A stretch of 63,918 nt of DNA, filler included, from Lenisia limosa (Eukaryota > Protista > Breviatea): assembly GCA_001655205.1 (NCBI GenBank). It is 14 parts of 14 records of this genome, joined end to end, with 100 filler letters (N's around TTAATTAATTAA, not from the genome) between each part and the next. Parts side by side here need not be neighbours in the genome. Positions count along the whole stretch, not along the records: positions 47,758 to 51,602 come from LPNZ01001539.1; positions 51,703 to 57,305 come from LPNZ01002878.1; positions 57,406 to 58,531 come from LPNZ01009774.1; positions 58,632 to 62,509 come from LPNZ01001357.1; 10 more parts are not named here. The stretch is one strand, 5' to 3'. The position numbers were made by a program, and so were the translations under genes. The notes under the pieces were generated by a model. The model made no database searches. It had not been told where the DNA came from and saw nothing but the letters and a program-made list of their open reading frames with translations. Of the stretch, positions 48,436 to 62,282 are shown piece after piece. Numbering within the stretch: position 1 is the stretch's first letter; each line of letters begins with the position of its first letter.

Positions 48436-51400
48436 TTTTTTATTGTATGTTAATACATTTATACTTTTACTTTAACCCACTCTGAACCTCTGAACAAACT
48501 AAACTCCTGAACCCAATCTGTCTCAACCTTTTTGTGTAATTTTAAGGCGGTCCTGGCACTCCTTGCTGCCCTCCTTTCTTCTACGCGTACGAGCCTTCAC
48601 AAGGGGCCGCTGAGGTGGGGTGCCAGGCCTGATGTCTGATTTCTCCAACCGAGTTCTACTCCCTTTATTTATTTTGTTGATTGTTTGATGATCGATATAA
48701 GGCCATGATAATGATAAATGTCACGAGGGGGCCAATCACATGAGCCGCCTTACAGTATTCATTGAAGGTGGATTGAAATAAGATTGGAACTGCGAAAGAT
48801 GAAGACCTTAACTTTGAGATTGATTACAGAGGGGAGTACGGTTGATATCATATAATATAATATATGTACTAGTTGTTATGAAAATGTCCAGGGTGAACAT
48901 AGTATACTGGACCAACCGCTCCCATAGGACGCATTAAATGCCAACTCTACTTCTCTATCAATATGGTCCGGATCGACACACAGCGGCTCAAAAGGCATGC
49001 CTGCAAAATAAAACACACATGATATGTTGTGTTGTTGCAATTTTGAGAAATTCAGTCTTATAAGAGGCCAAACTGAAGCCCTTCTATGGGTATTGGATTA
49101 TAAAGAAAACCATACAGAAGTGGGGGGGGGGGGCAAGAATATCGAAGGCTGGTGGCACATAAATNNNNNNNNNNNNNNNNNNNNNNNNNNNNNNNNNNNN
49201 NNNNNNNNNNNNNNNNNNNNNNNNNNNNNNNNNNNNNNNNNNNNNNNNNNNNNNNNNNNNNAATTGGGGAAACTCTCCCGACTTTCGCTCAAAGGTGGGA
49301 ATTTCTTCATTGTGATCGTCGTCAGCCTCCTGGATAAGGTCTTCGCGTTTTAGTTATATGTCATGATTGCAGCTGCGGGTCTTGCAACTGATATGTCCTT
49401 TTCTGTAGTGGTAACAACGGCCGGGTCATGGGGGGCAATGGTTTGTCGGTCGGTCCCAAGTTCAAAAGGAAGTACAACTGTAGGCTGACATGCCAGGAGA
49501 GTACAAACCGGCATGATTGATGATACATACCAAACCCTATAGATTTAGTGATATGAACACTTTTCAATCAGAATTTTTAAAAGATCCTTTCATAAAAAAT
49601 AAACGGGGTGTTTACAGCACACAGTTTCTTTTTCATGGATAAAGGAGCTACAGAAAACATACTTCAACCAAGGCTTCCAAGTTTCACTGTGATCGATGAC
49701 TAGAAAGAATTAAAGACAGGGAGATTATTTAAATGCGTATCCTCCACTTGCGCTTGGGCTTGGTCTGGTTGGTCTGCCATGATGTGGGAAACTGAGAAGG
49801 ATGAGAAAAAAAGGACAAACAGAAAGTTCAATAATAAATTAGTCATACTTACGAGCTTTAACGCGACAGAGAGGGTGAAAGCAGGAGTAGAGGAGCCAAA
49901 GTGGGACAATAAGACGTCTATGCAGTAATATTGTCTAATACCTATTTTATCAGAATATCAATAGAAACACCAAATTAAAGAGAAAAAAAATTCAAAAAAA
50001 AGTGTGTGATGCCTAAAGATGTTGCCTGATGTCTCAAGATCTTTTGTGATCTTAAAAAAAAAAATCATGCCTGGTAACCTCATCGCCGGCCCTCTGTCTG
50101 GACCTGCACACGCTCCGCAAGCGTCGCTCGGAGCCCCTGGAGGGTACAGGGTGTCTTTCAAGTGTTCCAATTGCTTCCAATCTGCTTCCAACATGGGGGG
50201 TAGAGGGATTCCTGGGGGAGCATCAGCCACTTCTTGTCTACCTTTGCCGCTGTATTCTAGGCCCATTTTTAGTAGTTAATCAGAGGGTAGTAATGGCAGA
50301 TTAAACTACAATAAGTTGGCAACCAGCGGAATCCTAAGTTGTTTGGGAAGGGTTTGGTCTGTTCCCTTGGTTGTATGCTTTAATTTAAGCATAATATTGT
50401 CAATTCGCAGAAAAGTTTGGCATTCTGTTGTTGTGGTGAATGCTAAAGGCTTTTGTGGCTTTCTTATCCTCAACAATGATTAATATTTGTTATTATATTC
50501 CAATACTGGGCAATACTCGACAGTAAACACTTACCCACTAGTTTCTGTTTTTGCTTTTGGCAGTTTTAGCGTGCATGGTTTCGAAGTGTCGAATATCCGG
50601 CTACAGCGTGCAAGTAATCAGCAATGTCCGAAACAATCCTCAGAAACACCGAAAACAATCTTTTTTGTTAGCATTGGCACCATTTTACCACCCCTATTTT
50701 TTGTCTCTCTAATTGGTTACACTTATCCGTACTGTTAGCTCAAAATAAACAAGGTAAACAGAGCCAGCAAACCATGAGCAAACCATGAAAACAGACAACA
50801 GCCTCTTTTCGCATCCTGAAGTCACACAACATCAGCATTTCTAGGGCATTTCATAGTGAATATCTGAATGAAGCACCTTCTAAATCACCTTAAGTGAACA
50901 ACAGAACCAAGAAGGCGTCAATTAGAACTTGTTCCCACCACTGTCAAAAACAATTAAAAAAGCATGAATACAAACAAACAACCATTTGAATGGAACCATA
51001 CTATAACAACAGCAAAAAAAGAATCCGCTTCCCAAATGAACCTCAATCAATCAATAAAGAACACACTTACTAATTTCACCTTTATACACTACCTGGCAAT
51101 TACTTCAAAATTATGAAAAAAGGCCAAAAAAGGGTTGTTTCTTTTAATAATACAAGTTCAATTCATTTCAGATCAGGTTATGAAACAAGAGAAATATAAC
51201 AATGAAATATTACAAGGAATTTTCGTTCAGACACATCAGAGTCAGCAAGTATGAATATTATTAGAGATGAGTATGTACTAAATCTTACATGGAGCTGTTG
51301 ACGATATATGCAGCGGAATCGGCCAAGGCAACGCCCTCGGTGTCGAAGACAAGTCATAATATAGATATTTATTAAGATTGGGTTCATTGCAACATTGTAT

Positions 51401-51714
51401 CATTTTATCAATCTAAAATCAGAACACAGACTGGCTACTGCTGTCGTTACATGAAGTGACCTCAACAACGGAAGAGTCCCAAGAAAGAGTATCAAGATTG
51501 GAATCAAAGAATTTGATTTCAGTGTCAGTCAAAGCTTGGTGGCCAGGCTGCTTTTGCTCTGTCAGGATCACTACCTTTTGCCTCACGGATAAGGTCAATC
51601 AANNNNNNNNNNNNNNNNNNNNNNNNNNNNNNNNNNNNNNNNNNNNTTAATTAATTAANNNNNNNNNNNNNNNNNNNNNNNNNNNNNNNNNNNNNNNNNN
51701 NNTGTGTCCCCCCC

Positions 51715-51884
51715 CCCCAACTGGGTTGATTCTAGGGCTTTTTTTTTTACAAAGTTACCATTTGAAGCGACTGGCCTGGGATTTATTTGTTTTATTGTTA
51801 TTGTTATCAAAAATTGTGTGAGAGTTGATTTTGGGCCTTTTTGTTTCTTGTACATTTTCCTATTTTACCCCCCCTCCCTCTCAG
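51715..51884 (+). repeat. Family D element at an SLC44 acceptor
   Basis: gaagcgactggcctggg...gagagttgattttgggcc...tattttacccccctccctctcag|. Confidence 0.8.
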
Positions 51885-54800
51885 CACTCCGTTGCAGGCA
51901 CGGCTGCAGCATGGTACTTCAGCAAGGGTAAACTCCCAGGATCCCCAGCTTTCATCTCCCTCAAACACGCGCTAACAACGTAGGGGATGGTTGATTGGTT
52001 ATTTATACATTGTCCACATTATTCGTCCCGTTTCTAACTTTCAACTATCTTTTAGTGTCCAAAACTAATATCACCTTAATAGTCAACATCATTGATACTT
52101 CTATATTAATACTGGCATGGCATTTATGAGTGAAAGGGGTGGGGGGTAGCATTAGGCTTCACTTCGGTCCGAAAAAGTTACATATATATTCACCATTGTT
52201 AATACCCTATTGTCAGTACAATGACTTGGATTATAATCACAGTGTTTACAATCCTCATGATTTCTACCATATTTATATAATCTCTATCGCAATATTAACG
52301 ACGTTAAAACAACCATTGTCAATACCCGCTCTTTTCAACACATTCATTAGTTCAAATCATGACAGCCTTTTTTTCATATTGCTTTCAAATCATCAGTTTA
52401 TTTTGTTTTCGTTTTCTATTATCTCTGTCATAGCTGCTAACTTGAGTAACAATCCAGGTCGTTCGGATCCCTCTGCTTCGGCTCCCTCATTTTGGCTGTC
52501 GTTCAAATGATCCAGTACCTACTCAAAAAGTAGGCTCCTTATCCTTTTTTAAAAAACAAAATAGAATTATATGAGACATTAAAAATAGGGAAACAAATAA
52601 ATACACATTGATACCATAAAAACAAATACCATACTTGCTGTGGCAAACATTCCTGCTCTCCCACCACAGTATTGATATTTTAACGGTCTTTTTCGACCGT
52701 AAGGTTGAGTGCTTATACGACTAGAGCGGAAGAGGGAGCGAAGAAGTCACACAATAAGGCGGCTGCGTACCTTTTCGCGTGTTTCCGCTGTTGCTTCGGA
52801 TGCATTGAGTCCATTATCAGAGTGGGTTTTCAGGGGTTTACTTTTTCCTACTACAGCCTGAATTTATCTGGTTAATCTTTGAAATTTATTTCATTACTAT
52901 CATGTATAACAGAATTTATTTTCATGATTGTTCGTTTCAGTAGGACTAATATGATGTCTCCCTTTTATACTATTTATGCGTCTCATTTATTTTGGCAAAA
53001 ATATTTTCAAAAGTGCAGCTCCAATAAAATTCGACCTGAAATTTTCAACATCGATACTTAACGAGTAACAGGTATTTTCTTCTTCCTAATTTATCTCATT
53101 TGTATTAATAAAAGAATAAGAAATAAATTCGGCGATACTCATAGAATTATATTGAATTGAACAAAGAGGAAATACCATAGTTTGTAGAGTTTTAATGGTT
53201 TAGATGGTCAACCGTTTCGCCTATACCTACGTGGCCATGTATGGAATGCCATTCTGCAAGTCTGCTCGCGCTGTCACGGCTCTTTTCGCCAGATCAAGAT
53301 GTAAGCGATTGGGGTATATCTCAGATATAGTATTCATATTATAGCTATTGTATAATATCACAAACAAAATACTGATCGCGATACATTTACTGGCTTCTAA
53401 ATTCATCCATTTCACAATCCATCTTGTTCAATTAATCCACTTTCTCATTATCCCTTCCATCCTTCTCACCCCTGTAGTTGCTGCGGTGATTGTCGATAAT
53501 CTCACTCATCTGGTGCTTGTTGTTGGCAGATTCCTCGGTAGGAACTCCGGTTGCTTTTTTAAAAACATTTTTTTTTTTTAGGGTTTGAGTTTTTTTGGGA
53601 TATTGGCCTGGGTTCTGGGGAGATATTGGGTATTGGGCAATTTTTCTTTTTTTGGTGTTAGATTTTGGGTAATGAGTTGGGTTTTGCGGTTGTGTGTTTT
53701 TTCAGAAGGTTTTTTTTTGTTCTTAGCTCTTATTTGTTGGTTGCCTATAGAGTTGATTTTGGGAATTGTTTTGTTTTATTAATTCTAATTTGACTCCCAT
53801 CAGGACTTGGTATTATTGTTCTCTCTGTTTACTACATGGCCGAGCGGAAGAACGAAGATGTGCACTGTGGGGGGTTACAAGAGTCAACAGATGAAGACTT
53901 GTCTCATGAGGAGGAGGGAGGGGGGTTTACAAGAGTGGCAGTAATTCACCGCGCCAGTATTCATTATATTATTAGTTTTCCTCGATCGATTGACCCCGCG
54001 GGGTTTTGACGCCCTTTGTGTGGATATTGCCTTCCTCCCATTATTTCCTTATTGCCATTTTGGTAAAATACTATGTAGCTTAGGCTTCACTTCGATTCGA
54101 AAAAGACCGTTAAAATATCGATAGTTTTCAAAGATTTATCGAGAAATTCAGCCTTTTTTCGAACTGAAACAAAGCCCTAAAAAACCTATTTAAGCCCCTT
54201 GAAGCTTTATTAACACCTACTCCACCCTGGAACGTTTTCCGTTACACCTCCCCCCCCCCCNNNNNNNNNNNNNNNNNNNNNNNNNNNNNNNNNNNNNNNN
54301 NNNNNNNNNNNNNNNNNNNNNNNNNNNNNNNNNNNNNNNNNNNNNNNNNNNNNNNNNNNNNNNNNNNNNNNNNNNNNNNNNNNNNNNNNNNNNNNNNNNN
54401 NNNNNNNNNNNNNNNNNNNNNNNNNNNNNNNNNNNNNNNNNNNNNNNNNNNNNNNNNNNNNNNNNNNNNNNNNNNNNNNNNNNNNNNNNNNNNNNNNNNN
54501 NNNNNNNNNNNNNNNNNNNNCTGTACTGGTTAGCTGTATTGGTTAGCTGTATGTGAAGGGTATAGAGGGTTTTAAATGGTATGTGAATGGAATAAGGGGG
54601 GTGCTGTGGTGTAGGTGGTGGGGGTATTAATTTATTCGCCCCCCTGGGCTTTGTTTGTAAAAATGTTGGAGTGATGGGATGCGGTGCTGCAGAAGCGNNN
54701 NNNNNNNNNNNNNNNNNNNNNNNNNNNNNNNNNNNNNNNNNNNNNNNNNNNNNNNNNNNNNNNNNNNNNNNNNNNNNNNNNNNNNNNNNNNNNNNNNNNN

Positions 54801-55083
54801 NNNNNNNNNNNNNNNNNNNNNNNNNNNTTTTTTTGTTTCAAAAATTTCCAATATCACCCCCCCCCCCACACACACACACAGACATGGAAGACACTGAACG
54901 TCATGGAGAAAACGCAGTTATGATGGACCAAAGTGTCCACATCCAAATGCGCCAAGCGGCGGTGGGTCTGGGTCAGGCGTTAGTCGTTTGTTATTTTTTG
55001 CTGCTTTGTTTTCTTCTTTTTTAGCAGGGGGGATACTATTATTGTTGTTCTGATTGTGTTGATCTTAAAGGACGCAAAGAGTG
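51885..55083 (+). CDS. Choline transporter-like (SLC44/CTL/PNS1) protein, 3' half
   Basis: VAGTAAAWYFS; SFGSLCFGSLILAVVQ; CFRCCFGCIESIIR; NRFAYTYVAMYGMPFCKSA; DMEDTERH. Introns ending at 53803 and 54881 carry family D. Confidence 0.88.
54081..54179. mobile_element. Family A MITE in SLC44 intron
   Basis: taggcttcacttcgattcgaaaaagaccg...gaactgaaacaaagcccta. Confidence 0.8.
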
Positions 55084-56995
55084 AAAGTGCCCCCCTGAGA
55101 GAGACCCGTTAATCATTAATCTGCCTAGCCTCACACTCGTTTCTATTTATGCCAACATGTATCCCCAACATGTATTATCCCCCCGCCCCCAAGCCGCCAC
55201 TTTCTTCATCTTTTGTCAGGAAGGAGAGTGATCTTCTCTTGAAATATTTTAACATCATATGTACATTATTCAATATAATATGTGGCCACATGGCCAGAGT
55301 TCACTGACTGTATTCCCCGACAAATTACATCGGTAATGACAGGAATTTTTAATCAGGAAAGTGTTGATTTTTTATGTGCAACTCTTGGATTCCACATTTC
55401 CTTGAGTCGTTTATAATGGCCCCTAACTTTTTTAGTCAGAAAAGGCATGTATTTTGCATGAATAGATATTTTTTGAAAAACTCAAAACAAACCAGAATTT
55501 GAATGTGGTATGAAATTTTCCGGGATGTAAAACTCAAAATAACCATTAATGACCTAATTAATCAATTAATAACCTAATTTAGGACCGGAACATATCATAT
55601 TCATTTTTACATAATACATATACTATATCAAGATGTAAATTGCCATATAAAATCACCCTCCAGGATAAACTTGCCCTGATACGGATAAGTGAGTGAGACT
55701 AATTTTTGCCTGTTTATATCAGGTTAAATTACCTCGACAACATTTCTGACAATTGAACGTGAGTTCTGTGAGTTTTACCAACCAAAACGTTCATTGTAAT
55801 GATCAATACTCTTTCGAAAAATGAACCTTGCGAAATTCTATATTATTTTAAAATACATATTCGCTAGAATTTCGTCATAATAAAATTAGTATAGAGACCT
55901 AGTACTACAATATCATAGTGTTAAATTGTACGCAAATCGTATTGTTCGACTTTCGGTAGTTTACATTGCGGAAACAACTTTATATAACTTGAAGCAATCT
56001 TTTTGTATACTTTCCAAGCGAAATGATTAAGATAGCCTCGAAATAAGCTGTCATCAAATTTGTGGTTTTTGGCCAAAAACTACTCTTATAAAGGCACATA
56101 CAATCATTAAAAGAGGGTAGAAGGCCATTGAAAACTCACAATACGTATAATGTAGATAAAATATCAGGAATGTTCTTGCACGAATGTAGCGATTTCAAAC
56201 TATTTTGTACAAGGTAGAATGGAATCAAATATGAATTTGCCCGACATACTGTTTTGCTAACACCTCCCCAGTTTCTGATATGCGCTAAATTGGGATAATA
56301 ATAATTAATGACATTCATGATTATTTTTCATCACAATTATCGAGTCAATTGGTAATGATGATATGAAGCGTGAATAACAATTCCCGAAACCGAAACTGAC
56401 GTTATTCCTTGCGTTATTTTGAGTAGATCCTTCCTTTGATAAATTGATACCCCTATAGGAAGATCTGCCTCCCCCCTCTTTCCATCATCAATAACAGTGT
56501 ATATCTTTCTTCTCTCATTATATATTGAGAAGAGTAGGTTCTGTTTTGTTTGGTTATGTTGACAATAGTTATTGGCAAGAGTATTCTTCTTCTTCTTCTA
56601 TCACACCTCAAAGTGCAAGTATCATATCTTTGATAGAAGAAGGTAAAAAGAGAAAAAAGGCAGACTTTTGGCAAGGTTTGCTTGACGGCAGTTTTATTTT
56701 ACAGAAGTAGAAATACATTCGTTAGAGAGGAACACCTGCCCTCTATCTGAGGGTGGGAATGGGTCTTCTCTGGAAAATGAGATGAATAAAAAAAAAACTC
56801 CTTCATAGCCATGTTTCTGTCATGTGGTCTTAAAAACGACCGAATCTCTCGATAAATTCCCGATATATATCGATGCTAAAACGGTCTTTTTCGCGGACCG
56901 GAGGGAAGTCCTATACATAGAGCTTTTTCTTATTATTTGCATGATATAATTATCTGTATCGGAGGTTTATCGGGAAATCCAGTCTATGCTGTCAG

Positions 56996-57065
56996 TTGGG
57001 CTTCACTTCGGTTCGAAAAAAGACAACATTTCTCGATATTATTTTGGAAGCGAAGTGAAGCCCTC
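56996..57065. mobile_element. Family A MITE, internally deleted; further remnants near 56830-56913, 57224-57305 and 57565-57630
   Basis: gggcttcacttcggttcgaaaaa...cgaagtgaagccct. Confidence 0.7.
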
Positions 57066-57405
57066 CCTCATCGAAAGAAATACCAACTTACATGAGCCGT
57101 GGTGTCGTGGGGCGTGGCGAAAACTTCATTGTCTGACGGGGTTAGAATGTCAAACAGTTGGCATGTATCCAGAATGAACCCCCCAGTCAGTCATAATACC
57201 CCCTCTCACTCTCTATGGCGTTATATCCAAGGCTTCACTTAGGTTCGGGTAAATATCGATAGTTATCGAGGAGTTATCGAGAAATTTAGTCTTTTTACCG
57301 AAGTANNNNNNNNNNNNNNNNNNNNNNNNNNNNNNNNNNNNNNNNNNNNTTAATTAATTAANNNNNNNNNNNNNNNNNNNNNNNNNNNNNNNNNNNNNNN
57401 NNNNN

Positions 57406-58436
57406 AGACGATGAATCGGAAATAGTTCCACAATTTCTAAAAACCAGTCAATTAGAGCTTGTTTGTCATTCGGTAAAAGACTAGGTTAGTTCAACAATTT
57501 CTAAACAATCCTGTCGGTTCTTCAAGATAATTCTTGAACTTGATTTTTGTTCCCAAATGACATTAGTATTTATCGAGGATTTATCAAGAACTCAGCCTTT
57601 TTATAGAGCTTCACTTCAGTTCCAAAAGAATAAAGAATTTTAGATGAATTCTCGAAGAATACCGACATTTTACAGTTCTTCTGGAACCGCAGAAAGACAG
57701 TAATGGTTCCATAATTTCAAATAATTAGTCAAAACACAAGCTTGATTTTCGTTCATTACTCACACATCCCCCCCGCACCCTGCTGATGGTCGGACACAAT
57801 GGTTGTCACCGGAAGGGTTCCGATATGCCCGTCCCTCCGCAGCTGCATTAGACCAAGGCCGGCCGCTTTCGTAACGCTGTTGTAGAAGAACCGGCCGCAT
57901 GGGTGGACTGGCGGAGTAAAACGAAGGAAATTTATCAAACAAAAAAAAGCCCAAAATCAACTCTGTTGGCTNNNNNNNNNNNNNNNNNNNNNNNNNNNNN
58001 NNNNNNNNNNNNNNNNNNNNNNNNNNNNNNNNNNNNNNNNNNNNNNNNNNNNNNNNNNNNNNNNNNNNNNNNNNNNNNNNNNNNNNNNNNNNCCACCTTA
58101 CGGGGAGTGAAACTTGATTTTGGGTTTGTTTTATTTATATTCAACTTAGTAACATGGGGGGGAGGGGTTCTGTTTTGGAAACGGGTATAGGAGAGAAACT
58201 GGGATTGGAGGTGGCGTGATCCCTTCACTTCGGTTCGAAAAATACCAGTAAAATATCGATAGTTTTCGAGTATCGAAAAATTCAGTCTTTTTTCGAAACG
58301 AATTGAAGCCCAATCCCTCCCCCACCAATATCGTGTATAAAACAAAACCACTCCCCCTTGTCATAACACCAACCCAATAACCAACTTGGAATCCCGCTTG
58401 GCTTGTTGACTACGATGATGCCCAAATCTTCATCAA
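57406..58436 (-). CDS. RluA/RPUSD-family pseudouridine synthase (internal fragment)
   Basis: DEDLGIIVVNKPSGIP|IHPCGRFFYNSV and LFPIHR(L) (HRLD motif cut by the contig end); the intron ending at 57908 carries family D, plus a family A remnant at ~58219-58312. Confidence 0.82.
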
Positions 58437-59392
58437 CTGAAAACTGAAAAGGGTCAAAAAAACAAAACAAAAAAAAAGCAAAGCAAAGCAAAAAGTGGCT
58501 GGAAGGAGAAGGAGTGGATGGAGGGCTAAACNNNNNNNNNNNNNNNNNNNNNNNNNNNNNNNNNNNNNNNNNNNNTTAATTAATTAANNNNNNNNNNNNN
58601 NNNNNNNNNNNNNNNNNNNNNNNNNNNNNNNCCAGTGTTACACTGTTCTGCTCTTGGGATCTGATTGATGTCTATAGATAGAGGTCTAGCAGAAACAAAT
58701 TACACAGGAACACTAAACAATATACTAAAACAGCTTCGACTCACAGAAGTATCTGTACGACCTGAATTTGTTAGTTCCATGCTAGTTGCGATGAAATCCT
58801 TCTTAGAAAAACGATCCTATTTTCCAGATTCTACTAAATTCAGATAACATGTTTCTGTTATCAATGCGGAGTGTATATAGTGCATTTTGAAGAGGATACT
58901 ATGCAAGAACAGGCAACATGGCTCACGTTGAGCAGGGCCGGTCATTCAGGCCTGAGGCGATAGTGTCGCAACAGTCCTCCGTCGGATAGAAGTTATCAGG
59001 CTGCCCGGCGCGGAATCTAAGCATGAACTATTTCCACAACAAGAAGAGCTAAGTGTAGGGCTTCAAAAGAACTCCCCATTTTATTGAGTAAATAGAACAT
59101 TTCAAGCTGAGTCGGGGTGATTGGGAATATGTACCCGAGAACCTGATGGTGTAATCGTCCTCATAAGTGACATTATTTGTTGTGTTGCGGGTGGCATAGA
59201 GGGAACCATCTCGCAGGGAGTACATTTTGGTCTACTGTGTCAGTTTGAAACAAGAACATCTGTAATAGCTAGCTAGGCCTTCCTTGCGGTCCCAAAAAAA
59301 AAGACTGGATTACTCGATAAATCCTCGATAATTATCGATATTTTAGCAATCTTTTTGGGATCGTAGGGAAGCCGCATCTGAAGAAGGACAAT

Positions 59393-59492
59393 TAGGGCTT
59401 CACTTAGGTTCGAAAAATTCTGGTAAAATATCGATAATTTTAAAAGATTTATCGGAAAATAACGTCATTTTTTGAACCGAAGTGAAGCCCTA
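59393..59492. mobile_element. Family A MITE, next to a second decayed copy (~59274-59376)
   Basis: tagggcttcacttaggttcg...gaaccgaagtgaagcccta; flanks aggacaat/gaaacaat (5/8). Confidence 0.85.
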
Positions 59493-59509
59493 GAAACAAT
59501 AGATTAGCA

Positions 59510-60420
59510 GTCATTCCATATTGAGCCGCCCACGGGCTCTGCAGCGTACGCCCGGAACCCAAGAAAACTCGTGCCAGTGTCTGCAATGCGTGAGTTGAAT
59601 TCGCTAACATTTCTCGAAACATCTCGATAAATGTCAAGAGCTTCTTAGGACCAAAGTGAGACCTAAGTAAAAGCCCAAAAAACCCGATCTAATTTCATAA
59701 TACACATGAACCAAATAGATGGGGTTGGAAGGTGGACAGAGGACCACATGAACCAAATAGATGGGGTTGGAAAGTGGACAGAGGGACCAAGAAGCTTACA
59801 CAATGTAGTGAGTAGTGCGCGATCCTCTTCGATCTTGGGGGCCGCCAAATTGCCAATGCAGGGCGGGTACACACAGACAGCGTTAGCCTATGTAATGAGC
59901 TTAAAAGGCTGCTCTTGTGGGGGTTTTGCTTATGTCAACGCCGGATCTCTATGATCCTAGTTCCAATAGAGACTGTACTGCTTATGTAGAGTGAAGATTC
60001 GACCCCCCCCCAAACAATNNNNNNNNNNNNNNNNNNNNNNNNNNNNNNNNNNNNNNNNNNNNNNNNNNNNNNNNNNNNNNNNNNNNNNNNNNNNNNNNNN
60101 NNNCATGACAGCTGCAGTTGAATAGTACTTGAAGCAGAACTGCCCATCAGTACTAACGCTGGATTGCATGACCACAAGATCAAATAGAGGGGACATGTGT
60201 CTTTTGGACTGACATTAGCTCCGAGAAAGAAATGGTATACCCCCTTACGTTCCACCGGCAGCAGTACAGACCTAAAGAGTTACACAGAGAGAACATAGAC
60301 GGCCAGGTGAATGGAACAAGCCCAACCTCTTCAGCCTTGGTCTTGATGAGTTGATGCACTAATGATGTGGTGGCAACAAGCTCAGACTCCAATGATGCCA
60401 CCTTCAGTGTTCAGTCAAAC
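59510..60420 (-). pseudogene. Possible APE-type endonuclease (LINE ORF2-like) relic
   Basis: WNVRG, DLVVMQ, VYPP and EFNSRI occur in the expected order but in different frames; spacing imperfect. Confidence 0.3.
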
Positions 60421-60536
60421 ACCACAAAGGCCTTGATCACAGTATGCGACTCGCTTAACACAAAGCATACCGATATTTATTGTATGTCAGTTTTCTCTTA
60501 ATAATGTCGTTAGTGTACTATTAGATGAGAAGGAAC

Positions 60537-60636
60537 TACGGCTTCACTTCGGTTCAAAAAAACTCGGGAAAATATAGATAGTTTTCGAGGATTTATCACG
60601 ACAATCAGTCTTTTTTCGAACCGAAGTGAAGCCCAA
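60537..60636. mobile_element. Family A MITE with perfect 8-bp TSD
   Basis: gaaggaac|tacggcttcacttcgg...gtgaagcccaa|gaaggaac. Confidence 0.9.
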
Positions 60637-61740
60637 GAAGGAACTCACCTGAGCATTGAGTAGTGCGACTTGCTCCGAGCATTCCTGAACTTCGGGTGAG
60701 ATGATATGGAGGGCTGTCACGTTCCCTTCCACTGTAAAATGGCTGTTTACCTACGAGAGTCATATCGATTGTTCTGGCGGTTCAAGGATGGATCGGATCA
60801 CAAGAGACATTATCATATCAGAATAGAGGGCTAGGAGGAATAATAAAACTAAAGTATATTAAGCCTCCAGCTCACCGAAAATCCGTTGTTGCTTTGTACT
60901 GAGATAGCAGCAGCCACTGCCAACACGATCGTTAAAAGAAGGGCCGTGAAGGTAGTCATGGTGAGGGTTGAAGCGAAAAAAAGTGTTGTGTTTTTTTGCA
61001 AAAATTTTAAATTCTATCTAATTTTTTTCATGGGAGACACGTTCACCCAATTTTTTACTGCAGTTGTGGGGGGGCAAAAAATAAAAAAATTGGCAAATGC
61101 CTCAGTATGTGTCATTCAAGAACAAATATCACACTTAATTATCATATATCAAGAGGAGAAAGGCGATAGAAGATCCAGAGAGCTGTCAGAGAAGTTCATT
61201 TGAGAACCTAGCCGTAGCCCTTCGCCCTTGGTACTTGGTCCTGCAATGGACCGGGTATAAGAAGCATGTCGGCCTGAATCATCTCCATTAGTCGATAAGT
61301 GAACTTTTTCAAAGATTGAATATCAGTTAAAAATGTCATTTGATAAATTGAACCAAGTGTTTTCCCAAAAGGAGCTCCAGGCGTTTGAGGTTTGCTTTTC
61401 ATTTCTCATCCATCATTTGTGACATCTTTAGGATCTTGAACTTTCTGACTTTGTTGGTGAGGTGATTGAAAGCCGTGACACAGTCAATCTCTCCGAGTGC
61501 CTTGTAGCTGCTGGTAGAGGGGTAAATTGCTGACAAACGGCAATGATCTAGCCATTCGAGCATGTTGAACATAACATTGTAGAGGTAGTTCCCGAGTGCT
61601 TTGCTGAGTCTCGAGCCAATGATATCATTGAGTTGTTCTGGAATCCTTCCGAGATCTCCGGTGAGCATCATGGAAGGGGTTCAGGAATAAAGGAGTCTTA
61701 GGAATTTAAACACCACATAACATTATACGAGCTCTCTTAT

Positions 61741-61811
61741 CATGGTGTGGACGGCTTCGGCCGGATACAACCTTGTGGTGATGGTGTAGACGGCTTCGGC
61801 TGGATACAACC
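61741..61811 (+). repeat. Tandem pair of family B 3' ends
   Basis: atggtgtggacggcttcggccggatacaacc and atggtgtagacggcttcggctggatacaacc. Confidence 0.8.
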
Positions 61812-61878
61812 TTGTTCTATTTCTCATCTCTATATTTTATATCATAGGTATTATTCCAACTCACACGTACATTAGCAG

Positions 61879-62282
61879 GCAATTCATCTGATCAAGAAAG
61901 TGACGATCTATCCGATCACGAAGAGAACGACATTGAAAACGAATACGTGGGGCAAAAGTCTGCAGCTCTGAGCCATAAGGTGGGTGGGGCATTAGACATG
62001 TTATTTAGAAGTATAGGTAGGGCTTCACTTTGATTCAAAAAAGACTGAATTTTTCGATAAATCTTCAAAAACTATCGATATTTTACCGGTCTTTGCTGAC
62101 CGAAGTGAAGCCCTAAGTACAGGCAAGGGAAACGAAGAAATTGATATGGGTTTTCAAACCGGTGACTTTTTTATCACCCTTCAGCTCAATAACGGGGAAT
62201 GTGAGCTATGTGGTTGGACAAAGAGGCTGTCACTGCACCACGCTGTGCCGAAGCTCATGGCTAAGCGACTCAAGAGGAAGGG
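61879..62282 (+). CDS. HNH-like zinc-finger/nuclease domain protein (partial)
   Basis: Acidic exon joined in frame to LNNGECELCGWTKRLSLHHAVPKLMAKRLKRK| (CxxC...HHxxP, typical HNH N-half); next intron contains family D at ~62460-62509. Confidence 0.55.
62018..62115. mobile_element. Family A MITE in HNH-gene intron
   Basis: Both TIRs; flanks agtatagg/agtacagg (7/8). Confidence 0.9.

Noticed and set aside
50300-50460. FLRIDNIML as a LINE endonuclease RID motif
   Set aside because: Single short motif with no supporting context.
58100-58150. D-like ttgattttgggtttg antisense to the RluA gene
   Set aside because: Only ~12 low-complexity bases match and the CCAACAGAG core is absent; kept as a possible counter-example to strand-locking.
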